DNA from: Chromera velia
Lineage: Eukaryota
DNA: 57,231 nt
Assembly (NCBI GenBank): GCA_018398765.1
Contig: JAHBMJ010000096.1
Span: 1 to 57,231, forward strand
Direction of reading: 5' to 3'
Part shown: positions 34,025-45,000 of the stretch, piece after piece
How the letters are laid out: each line of letters begins with the position of its first letter
Position numbering within the stretch: the stretch's first letter is position 1
The notes under the pieces: model-generated
What the model saw: only the letters and a program-made list of their open reading frames with translations
What the model was told of the DNA's origin: nothing
Databases searched by the model: none
Translations under genes and position numbers: made by a program

Positions 34025-35704
34025 GTGTGCTCTCTTACCCTCCGAATGCAGAACGGTGAAGAGGAAGAGAAACAGTCGGACGCGAACAGTGATAAAGGAG
34101 GTGCTGGAGTGGGCATTGAGGCGCTGCTCGCTGCAGTGAGTTCCAATGGTGACCTGCCGCTCGAATGGCGGCAAGCCCTTGCGGGCTTGTCCGCCGAAGA
34201 GAGGCTCAAGTTGCTGGGACTAGACCCGAGGGAATATCGGGTTCAAAAGCAGCCTACCGGGTCTGAAAAGCGGAAGGACCGGCGTGACCAGCAACAACAG
34301 CAGGCATCAAGCAGTAGCAGCAGCAGTAGTAGTGCCGCCGCTGCCGCAGCGAGCAGTACACAGGCTCGCAGGCCCAGCACACTTCTCTCCTCCCTCGTGA
34401 AGAAGTCTGACATCGGAAAGAAGACCTTACCGGCTGAAGCGGCATGCGCAGCGGCCCTCAAGGAGGGGTTGAGAGTGTCGTTGAAGAGAAAAGGGCCCGA
34501 GACCAGAGCCCCAAGCCCCCCTGCGAAGGAGGGCCGTCGAGAGACCGCCGTAGACGTGTCCGACGAAGAGCCCAACTACGACCCACCGGACGATGGTCAG
34601 TTCTCCAGTTCCGAGCCCGATGAGACTGCCCCTTTGCATCTCACACTCGTCCGACAGAAACCTCGTCCCTCCCCCCAGGAAGGGGAAATCCCCACCCTCA
34701 GAGAGCCTGAAGTGTTCTCCATGGGTGATGTGCCACAGAAGTCACGTGACCCAACATGTCTCATCCCCTCCAACGCTGAGGTCGCAAAAGCACTCCTGAT
34801 GACGGCCAAAGCCAATGGCCCCCCACAGCCGATCAACTTTGAGAAGTGGTCGGTCGACGATGTGGAAACGGAGTGGCACAGCCTGGTCGAGCAGTACCGC
34901 TCCGAGCGTGAGAAAGCAAGGAAGGGGAAAGACATCGACCACGCCAACTTCTGCGCAGACGTGATGGATGCCGGAAACGGGCTTATTCGAGCTATCCGAC
35001 AGATTCGAGCCCTGTTCACATCACAGAAGCGTCTCATCAAGTTGATGCAATTCAGTTCGGATGACACAGCCAGCAGCAGTAGCAGCAGCAGCAGCACCGA
35101 CAACCCCCGCGCCGAAGAGGCAAAGAAAGCAAAGAACGCGCAGACCAATGCGGTAGTGGCTGCCGCGTTGAAGACCACAGTCGCCATTATGGCACGCGAA
35201 TTGAAGCGGGTGTCGATCAACCTCCAGACTCATGAGTTTTCGGACGTGGGGAATGCCATCAACTGGAACTCCCTGCTGTTCATTGTGAAACTCAAGCAGG
35301 ATGCCATCACCATGCATCGTCAGCTGAAGGACCTGACGAAAGAGGTTGATAAGCTTAAGGACATCGTCGCGGGCCTGAAGGCGAGAAGCAAGGACCGGGG
35401 GGGGTATGATTGTGATGGGTTTGCAATCCCTGAGCCTATCAGGTGCTACGACTGCAACACTCTGGGCCATCTATCCCCTAACTGCCTGAACGCGTGCAAG
35501 GTCTGTCAGCAAATCAAGCGCCTAACAGGCAGCACCACCCTCAATGTCCTCCACTCCCCTGAGGACTGCCCGAAGAAGGCCACTGACCCTGACACCTGGG
35601 CAGCCCTTCAGGCGCAGGTCTTGAAGGGATCGAGAGGGGGCGGTGGCGGCCCGTATGGCGGCCGTCGTCAAGGAGGGGGAAGGGGGGGAAAGAGTCGCTG
35701 GTAA
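34025..35704 (+). CDS. gag: Gag-like protein with CCHC zinc knuckle
   Basis: 559-aa open ORF with a coiled-coil region, CYDCNTLGHLSPNC (CX2CX4HX4C), a second CKVC...H...C motif and an RGG tail. Confidence 0.85.
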   Translation: MCSLTLRMQNGEEEEKQSDANSDKGGAGVGIEALLAAVSSNGDLPLEWRQALAGLSAEERLKLLGLDPREYRVQKQPTGSEKRKDRRDQQQQQASSSSSSSSSAAAAAASSTQARRPSTLLSSLVKKSDIGKKTLPAEAACAAALKEGLRVSLKRKGPETRAPSPPAKEGRRETAVDVSDEEPNYDPPDDGQFSSSEPDETAPLHLTLVRQKPRPSPQEGEIPTLREPEVFSMGDVPQKSRDPTCLIPSNAEVAKALLMTAKANGPPQPINFEKWSVDDVETEWHSLVEQYRSEREKARKGKDIDHANFCADVMDAGNGLIRAIRQIRALFTSQKRLIKLMQFSSDDTASSSSSSSSTDNPRAEEAKKAKNAQTNAVVAAALKTTVAIMARELKRVSINLQTHEFSDVGNAINWNSLLFIVKLKQDAITMHRQLKDLTKEVDKLKDIVAGLKARSKDRGGYDCDGFAIPEPIRCYDCNTLGHLSPNCLNACKVCQQIKRLTGSTTLNVLHSPEDCPKKATDPDTWAALQAQVLKGSRGGGGGPYGGRRQGGGRGGKSRW

Positions 35705-36336
35705 GAGAAGCGATGTGGCTATGTGGCGCAGGGTTATGCGCGACTCGCAGCGTGAGAGAAGAGGCACAAGTAGGGAAACGGGGGCGTGATACGCGTTCAC
35801 CCATTCATCCACTCACCCGAGTCATCCGCATGCAAGAGAGAGCAATTGAGAAGAGCGGGACCCGTATACTGGTGGTTGAAGCAGTGAGCGTGATACGCGT
35901 TTGAGTGTTATGGGTGGAGGCCTGAGAGAGGCACCAACCATGTGAGTGCACGTTGAGTTACAGTTGCGCAGTAAGCAGGTCTGAAGGCTGGGTACAGCAG
36001 TGCAGTATGACCGGTCCGAACTGACTAAGTGATCAGTCTAGGGCAGGCGCACTGACTTGTGCATGGCCAAAATCGATTGAAAGCGCATAAATGAGGATAG
36101 ACGCTTAGCTGTATGGTTCAAAGTGTAAGACTCAACGCAATTATAGGACCATTAGCGCAATTTAGTAAGGATTTAGCCTGCAAACTAAGGTGCACAGTCA
36201 CAGTACCAACAGAAGTAGAAAGCAAGATATAATTAGTACATCATTAACAGATGGATGCTTGACTACAGGAAGAAATGACGATGAGGGTAGTGAGGAGGCA
36301 GACGAGCATGGGCAGAACCAACTCGAAGGTCAGCTG

Positions 36337-38066
36337 ATGCTGCAGTACTACCTAGCGATGGATGTATCACCCCGTCCGCCTCTGCCCCCGCTCACCTCCA
36401 AATGGCCGATGGGCCTAGAGGACTGGACAGTCCCAGCCCCGTCCGTCTCCCCACCAGCAGGATGGAAGACGCCAGAGAAGTGGTCGAAAAGACCATGTCT
36501 AGATGCCGTTGCAGCCCGGAGGCTAGGCGTAGATGAGAAGGTGGTAAGCATTATGGAGGACGGATTGCGGCTGCCGCTAAACAGATGGCCGTCAAAGGTG
36601 TCACTAGGAAATTACTCCTCGATCTTTGTAGCAGACCTCCCAGCAAAAGTAGCAGCCGAATTTCATCGTCTGGAAGCAGAAAGGTTCATTAAAAGGGTTG
36701 AAACGCAACCAGCAGTCGTATCGCCCTTAGGTGCAGTACCAAAGCCAGAGACGGGAGAACCGCGCATCATTGTTGACATGACTGCGTCTGGAATCAACGA
36801 TGCGACGGCTGACACAGTCATGGGGCTTCCGACAGTGCGTCATGGCGGCCTCAAACCTGGCTGCTACTTAGCAAAGCTTGATTTAAAAGACGGTTATTTC
36901 TATATTCGGGTCCATCCCGATCATGTAGACCTCCTCGGATTCTTTAACCCATTTAATCAGTCATAGTATAGGTACCGAGTCATGTGTTTTGGTTTGAAAG
37001 TCGCCCTCTTTGTGTTCCAAGGAGTTATGGAACATATGCAAGCCATGTTCCGCCAGCACGGGTTGAACAGTGCAATAGTCAGCTCGCTGACGTACATAGA
37101 TGACTTTTTGATTGCAGCTGATACGGAAGAGGAGCCCTTGAACTGGTGTAATCGTTACTACGCGCCCTCGGTTGGAAAATTAAGGACTCCAAAATAGTGT
37201 TACCAACCACAGCCCTAGAGTTCACAGGAATTGGCATCGACACCGATCGCCTCCGTCTGTATATCCTGTTATAAAAGCGGGAGAAAGCGGGGAAGCGAAT
37301 TGACGTACTCCTCAACGAAACGTGTCCCGCGCTCGGAGCCCTAAGTAGCACCATAGGGCTTCTAGGGCATCTGCGCATGGTCATGCCCCATGGAGGGCAG
37401 CGGCTTGCGGCAGGATGGGAAATTTTGGGGAAGGTCAAAATGATAAAAAGAAATTGGCAATGGCAGAAAAAGGGCTTCACGATGGTTCCCGAATTGAGAG
37501 AAGGGCTAAAATGGTGGAAAGACAGGCTGCAAGGTTGCTCGACATGCAAGCTCTGGGTTAACCCAGAAGGGCGGCTAGATATTTGGGCTGGTGACTGGCT
37601 GAACAGTTGGAGAGATGAAGTACCGGGCATTGAACGCATCACGACTGACGCAGCGGCCCCGGGAGGAGGAGGTTTTGGGGGTGGTCTAGCAACCCTCTGG
37701 GCCTGGTTGGGTGCCCAGACGATAGCATCGAGCAACTGGAGGGAGTTGAAGACCGTGCCTCTCGCCCTCCGGGCGATCATTTCCACAAATAACCTAGTAT
37801 GGCGGGGCAAGCGTATGCTGGTCATGTCAGACAACTCCACCGCGGTTCGTATCATCAACAAACGTCACTCGACCGCCCAAGCACTTGGCCAGGTACTGGA
37901 AGAAATCCAAGCATTGGAACCGTTACGGCGCTTCGATATTGAAATAGCAGCGGTACACATCCCGGGTATAGAGAACACCATAGCTGACGCGTTGTTCCGC
38001 CTTCCGGGCGAGGCCCACTGTAGGAGAACCCTCACAGCAGCAGTCACGCGACACCTCCAGCACTAA
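36337..38066 (+). pseudogene. pol: Reverse transcriptase-RNase H (pol) of the Ngaro element
   Basis: RT motifs VSPLGAVPK..PRIIVDM, LAKLDLKDGYFYI, MCFGLK and TYIDDFLI; RNase H motifs ITTDAA, NWRELK, MSDNSTAV and HIPGIENTIADAL. TAG stop at 36964 and a frameshift near 37135. Confidence 0.9.
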
Positions 38067-38646
38067 TGGCAGAGAGTATCGGGGCTAGAAAGCCCACTGC
38101 AGATCGTTTGCCCCCCCGCAGACCAGTATGAAAGCAGTATTAGGCAGGCACACCAGCAAGGAGGGGTTATCGTGATGCCAGCTGTCCAGAAACCGGCGTG
38201 GGAGGCCATGCTGAGAGGTGCACGAACATTGCAGAGATGGGAAGTAGGATCAAGACTGTTTGACCGCGAGGTTCAGTGGATAGAGTCGATCGCAGGGCCA
38301 GCAGGCACTCCGATGTAGGCGATAGCACGAGCTGAGGCTGTGATTAGGGAAGGGTGGTACGCTTTAGCATTTATGAGATAAAATCGACCTGAATATGGCT
38401 ACGAGTCATTAAACCTCAAACAGTTAGTAGCATGCCTAGACCGGCCTAGACTTAGTGTGTAGTATATCGATGTCATGCACAATAACCAGGCCAGCGATGC
38501 ATTATACAGGAGAACTAGGCACTAAGGCAGTTTGGGGGAGTAAACAATACGTGTCTGCGCTAACGTGCATGCAGGTACAGTAGGCGTAACGAGCACCAAA
38601 AAACGGAAGGTGCAGCTATCCGTCCGGGCACGGGAAGCAGGACTAA

Positions 38647-39626
38647 TGGATGCTCAACACCCAGGCCTGCTGGAACAAAGCATAGGCCAAGTAGACAAAA
38701 ATGAGCTGGCTGCTAGAGCCACAGTGATCGAGGGCAGAGCGCTGGAAAAGAGTACAAAGGCCAGATACCAGAGCGCCATCAGCCGGCTAGACAGAACGTG
38801 CCCAGGCCTACTACCCGTATACTCCGCGGAGGGCATAAAAAAAGCATTTACGTCATGTATGGGCCTGAAAGCATATCAGGTTGGCTTGCTCAGGGGCGCG
38901 TTGATGTGGTAGCACCATGAAAACGGACACCCACCGCCGCCAGTTGATAACCCAGAGCTTCGCCTCTTTTGGAAGGGCCTCGACAAGTCTGTATCCCATG
39001 TGGTAAAAGAAAAAGAAGTGCTTACAGCAGCGCAGTTCCGTAAAGTCATTGAACATTGGGTCAAGCTAGGCACCCGCGATGCGCTGCGCAATGCGGCCAT
39101 CGCAATGCTCGCCTTCTACCCCGCCAAGCGCATTAGCGAGGTTCTGAGCCTGCAACGCGCAGACCTGCGCAGTGAAACAAAGAACCAGATTGAAATGCTG
39201 ATCGTCGCAATCCACAGGCAAAAGAACGACCAGCGGGGCAGAGGCAAGATGTGTCCTCTCCCTATGGTGACGAAAGCAGGGGAATCAGTGGGTCAAGTTG
39301 TTGCCAAATTTTTACGGTCGGCCCCCACGGAAGGGCCATTGTTCCAGACCACTAAGGCATACGAAAACCAATAGACGGGCGCTGCAATCATGAGAGACGC
39401 CTTCCAGAAGGCCCTGCAGAAAGCAGTAGTAGCAGCACTACCCAACATCAGCAGCAAAGCGTACACCACCCACTCACTCCGGTGCAGTGGTTTTTGCGCT
39501 GCAAAACGGGCTAACATCTCACATAACCTGGCCGTGGACATCATGGGCCACAACAGCACGAATGCATGGCTGGCCTATTTCCCTCCCAGCCTGCCGGACA
39601 TCGCCGATGCGATTGCGTCTATCTGA
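38647..39626 (+). pseudogene. Tyrosine recombinase of the Ngaro element
   Basis: ALEKSTKARY (N-terminal binding domain), LRNAAIAMLAFYPAKRISE (R), RQKNDQ (K), THSLRCSG (HxxR) and MGH..AWLAY (H, Y). In-frame TAG stops at 38910 and 39372. Confidence 0.9.
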
Positions 39627-41212
39627 GGGGCCCGCGCACCGGCACCTACCCGGGTACGGACCCCTTCTTCTTCCCTCTGGGGGTTTGGGGGGTTTGTGGG
39701 GGGTTTGGGGGGGAGCAGAGCAAAGGAGCTGCGCTAGCGCAGGAGAAAGCGCGGCGAGCGGAGATGCTCTGCAACCACGACTGCGTCACTAGAAATGGGG
39801 CACAGGCGATCAAGTATGAAACCCGTAGAGGCCCGCCTGTATTGGCCTGTGTCAATCTGGACGTGCGTAAGGGAGGTAACGAGGTAGCCTGTGCAAGCTG
39901 AAAGATGACTTCAACTGGAGCAAATGCGGAAGTGTGAACTGATGTTCAGCTGGAACAAAGGTCACGAGTTGAACCGAGGAGACGGCTAGCGGAAAGTGAC
40001 CTCGTGCATGTTTTTTTTTCCCTACGAAAAACCGAAATTCTGAACCCCTCAAATCGAGGTAATATATATGTGCGTACGTGGCCTAGCGTATACTAGATAT
40101 AGGCTAGTAAAAAGTTAAATTTTCGACTCTTCCCTCCCACCCCAGCGGTACGCTGCTGGGTTCCGCCACCATAGGCGGCGCCCAAATATGCGGCAGTACA
40201 GCTGGTCTGGGACTGAGCCCGGCTCGCCGGCCTCACATGTAATCACGTCAGGGGGGGAGCAGAGCAAAGGAGCTGCGCTGGCGCAGGAGAAAGCGCGGTG
40301 AGCGGAGACGCTCTGCAACCACGACTGTGTCACTAGAAATGGGGCGCAGGCGATCAAGTATGAAACCCGTAGAGGCCCGCCTGTGTTGGTCTGTGTCAAT
40401 CTGGACGTGCGTAAGGAAGGTAACGAGGTAGCCTGTGCAAGCTGAACCTATAGCTTAATTAATTAAATACATTGGCGTGGCCGAGATCGATCTTGTGCCA
40501 TGCACTGGCGTCCCGCACATATTGCTTGAGGAGCACGTTTCTCTCTGCATGTTGTGCGGAGGGATGGATTGTTTCCTCGCGACCGTTCGCACGGAGCCCG
40601 CCATGCGTGACGGATGGGTGTCGCGATCAGGCTTCACTCGCGCGCGTTACCCGTTGACCCAGGTCGCGGGGGTATATAGAACTAGACAAGAACCGAGGCC
40701 CTGGGCCCCGGCATACTTTAATTAATTGATTAATTAATTTTTAAAATAGTATCAACATTCGCGAATACACAGTGAGGGCTTACTGCATGTATATATGTAA
40801 ATTAAATCATTAAATTTTAATTAATTAATTAATTAATTGATCGATCGCAGAGTCTATAATCTGTATGTGTGAGTGCGCAGGATCCGTGAAAGAGAGGAAA
40901 TGCCCAATAGTCTGAGGCAGAATTAAAAATGTGCCCCTCAAGCTGCGCTTTACGGGGCCAAGACATCACAATTCGCGCAGTCATGCAGCTTTCTTCTCTT
41001 GTCTCGTGCAGAATGACCTGAAATCTCGAAAAGCCCGAACACATTCTTTCCCTGTAGACAGAAACTCGAACAATAATGACCTGTTCTTCTGGAACTGCAG
41101 CAACGCAACGGCTGATGGACAATGGAAGTTTGACATCCAAAGCGATTCAGTCAGTCAATTGACTTACCTGAGTAATTGCGCCTGACAGTCTCTGTGTGAC
41201 TGATCAGAGACC

Positions 41213-42043
41213 ATGAGAATAATTCCAGCATCCCTCTGGGGTGCAGTGGGAGTTGCCTCCTTCAGTAGTCTTCGAGGAGTGCAAACTGAAAACTCAGACA
41301 GCGAGAGTCCTGTGTGCACCATTCATTTCAGTGGGGAGACTTCCCTTCCTTCTTGTGCAGGGACAACCGGAATTTTCCCTCAAATGACGAAGCAGGTCTT
41401 TGAAATGGTTCCCTCTCCCGAGGGCGAAAGCGTGGCTTATAAAAGAAAAGAAGGGAGCACTCTTCTCAGATCCGTCTGTGACGAAGAGCAAATGGAAAAG
41501 CTCATAAAGGCCTCTGAGGCGAGTGAGCAGGCAGACTTCCTCTATGAAGAGGTCTTCTGTCTGTGGGAAATTGCAGAGCCCTGGGGTGACCAGTATGCTG
41601 TCACCTCTGTAAAGCACTTCGAGGAGGTCATGATGCCTCCCGCCTTTGCAAGCTGGACGTTGTGTGGTGAACAAGTCGATATTGAGATCGAATGCACTGG
41701 TCAGTTTGGGCATTCAATTCTTCGGCACCCCTCTTGTACATTTGACTGACCTTGTTTTCACTCATGCTTCTTTGACCTTGTGTGTTGCTGCAGCACCCAC
41801 CTACATTGGACATGGGGAGACGGGGCTGGAGGGGGATCTCTGCACACTTCTGGGGGACTGCGACGAGGGCCTGTTCTGTGTTCAAGAGGCAGATGCGTCG
41901 ATTGTTAGTCAGTGCATGGGGCAGATATACAGACGTATGGATAGATAGATGGAAGGATGAAGAACTGGGCAGACGTACAGATAGACAGACAGAGAGACAG
42001 ATCGATCAATCGATCGATAGATAGACTGACAGATAGATAGATA

Positions 42044-42079
<36 letters not shown>

Positions 42080-45000
42080 CGGACAGACAGACAAGCGGTC
42101 ATACCTGTCTCTATTGTTCACTCTGTTTTCTTCTGCTTTCTCTTCCACCGCTTCTAACCACATCTCACAGTGAGTAAAAACTGAATGGTACTTTTTTTCA
42201 CGAACTGTTGCATTTCTCCTATGTGCAGTTCAAGAGAACGTGCATGCGCGAGGTGCCGGAGGGCGGGCTTGTGGTAAAGGGATCCCAGCCTGCTCCCCCC
42301 TGGGGCAACTGTCACTGGGCACCGCCTGAGCAGAGGTGTGCAGTGGAGGGATTTCAGTGTTACAAGAACACCCAGTGGGCCGACTATGCTCAGTGTCGGC
42401 CTCTGGGTGATTGTCCAAAGCCGAGCGCCAGGACTTTATACAACCATCACATGAATGGGGGGAATGGGGGAGTGCAGGGTCCTCCTGAGAGCGCTCACAG
42501 GAGGCTGACAAAGGCAGCGAGGACAGCAGAAGCAGCGGGGTTTGGGGGGAAAACACCTGGGGAAAGAAGGAGACGGCTAGCAGCATTGCAACAGTGCAAC
42601 AGTGCAGTGCAGGCTGCCGTGGGTAGTGGAGCGTTTGACATTTCATCGAGTGCCGCCGAGGGTGCTCACGTAGTCCCTGCATTGATTCAAGAAAAGTGCC
42701 CAGATGCCTTCGACACCTCCACTCCCGGGAGTGTTCCCCCCTGGGGTCCTTCCTCCTCCTCCTCTTCCGACAGCACTCCCGCAGAGCCCAACTTGGCCCT
42801 GGGGGCGCGGAACCTCCCTGCTGATATGATTGGGGTAGATGATGGGTGGAGTCTAGGATGGGTGTGCGACGCTTCCATGGGCCCTGTGGCAACAGTCGAA
42901 GGGGGAGCGATGAGTGCGTGCGAGACGAGACGGCAATTGGATGGGACAGGAATTGAACCCGCAGCAGCCGTTCCGTTCAGTGTGGGAACGCTGTGTGAGG
43001 AGGAGAAACTGTCGATGCAGACAGCCGCAGCGCATCTGCAGAGGCGGTTACAGGCAGTTGGGGAGATGTTCGGGGACAGCGGTGCATCTTTAGAGGAAGC
43101 AGCAACACCCCCTCCCCCGGTGAAGCTTTCACCCTACTTGGTTGATGTTGCGGAAGCCGTCATTGCGGCTGAGCAGCCAGACCTCCCCCCCCGTCTGACT
43201 CGCAGGTTGGTAGATTTCTTCAGTGGAATGACAGACGATGATTTCTTCTCAGCCGCGGATGAGCTCTCGGCTCTGTCTGCTTCCGAAAAGACCTCTTGGT
43301 TTGTGGACAGGGGGGTAGATCTTCGTCTAACTCGGATGGAGATTGAGGCAGCTGTGTTTGAGCATCAGCCTCTGGTCGGCAACCTTCCAGTGGCAAGTCA
43401 GAACAAGCTCTTTGACTTTTTGGCGTCAATGGACACCGTCTCCTTCTCTGCCCTTATGGACAACCTCCAGACAGATCCCTCTTCCTCCAACATAGCATTC
43501 CAGCTCCAGCAGCAAAACGTCGACATCAGACCCACATCCGAACAAATGGAAGCCAAACTCAAAAAAGAATTCCCCCAACTCACAGAAGTGGACCGTCGTC
43601 AAATTGCAGCATCCCTTGTTGCCACGACCCTCGCAGAGTTCCTCTCCAATTCAGAGGAAATCTCAGAACTCCAGACGGCTGCCGAGCTAAAAACATGGGC
43701 CGAGTCCAACGGGTTCTCTGACGCCCCTGTAACAACAGAGGCCAGCACCCTGCCCACCACCCTTCCACCCTTCCTTGTGGACGTCGCTCGGGAGGTCGTG
43801 AAGGCCGAGCAGCCGACCTTGCCCGAGCGTTTGCGTCAGAAGATCGTTGATTACTTCTCCAGCCTTACGGAAAGTGAGTTCTTTGAGGCCGTGGGGGAAG
43901 TGCAGGGGGTGGGTCCTGTCGAGAGTGCGCAGTACTTTGCAGACAGGGGGGTGGACTTGAAGCCCAACCGCACAGAGCTTGAGACCATGACTTTTGCAAG
44001 CTCTCCCGAACTCCGTGGCCTTCCCCAGTCATCTCAAGAGAAGCTTTTCTCCTTCCTCAGCACCCTCTCGCAGGTTGAGTTGGCAGAGAGTCAAGAGATT
44101 GGAAACGACCCCGCAGCCTTCGGGGCTTTCCTTGAGGCTCGGGGAGCAGATATCACCCCGAGTCAAGAGGAGATGGAGGAAGTGATTGCAGATGAAAGGC
44201 TCACGCCAGCCATCCGCTCGGCCACAGCCACTCACCTCATTTCTCTCGGGCCTGCCGATTTCCTCGTCCAGCTCGGGGGTCTGGCCAACGTCACATCGAC
44301 TCAACAATTCTTTCTGTGGGTGTCGAAGAATCAGGTTGATCTCACCCCAAGCCCCCGCCCCTCATCTGACCCATCCCTTCAGGCAATGCAGGCCTCTAGT
44401 GACCCACAGACCCTCACCGACGGTCAAGCAGGAGAAGCAGGAGAGCAGCCGTCTCCTTCTGCCCCCCTTCCTTCTTTCCTTCTGGACGTGGCACGAGACG
44501 TGGTGGAAGTAGAGCAGCCGACGATGCCTGAACGTCTCCGCGGTAAGATCGTTGACTATTTCGCCTCGCTCACGGAAGATCAGTTCTTTGAGGCCGTAGG
44601 AGAGGTGCAGGGGGTGAGTGCGGTCGAGAGTGCGCAGTACTTCGCTGACAGGGGGGTCGACCTGACTCCTAATCGTACCGAGCTTGAGACCATGACTTTT
44701 GCAAGCTCCCCAGAGCTTCGCGGCCTTCCCCAGTCTTCTCAAGAGAAGCTTTTCTCTTTCCTCGGCACTCTCTCACAGGTTGAATTGGCAGAGAGTCAGG
44801 AAATAGGCAACAATCCCGCAGCCTTCGGGGCTTTCCTTGAGTCACGAGATGTTGACATCAAGCCGACTCAGCAGGAGCTCGAGGCCACCATCGGAGCCCA
44901 AGATGACAGACTCCCCCCCGCCATCCGCACAGCCACAGCCACCCATCTCCTTTCTCTGGGGACTGCCGACTTCCTCGTTCAGTTGGGAGATCTGGCAAAG

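Larger units (their letters stand above)
33372..40446 (+). mobile_element. Ngaro-type (DIRS order) tyrosine-recombinase retrotransposon, full length
   Basis: Split direct repeats A1 33372-33590, B1 39707-39902, A2 39910-40128 and B2 40251-40446 enclose gag, RT-RNase H and YR ORFs in that order. Confidence 0.92.

Noticed and set aside
39679..39713. GGGGGTTT repeats as telomeric sequence
   Set aside because: Only three or four irregular units, internal to the Ngaro element just before repeat B1; more likely a G-rich element feature.
40455..40840. TTAATTAA-bounded GC-rich segment as a piggyBac/Kolobok MITE
   Set aside because: Beyond the TTAA runs there is no convincing terminal inverted repeat.
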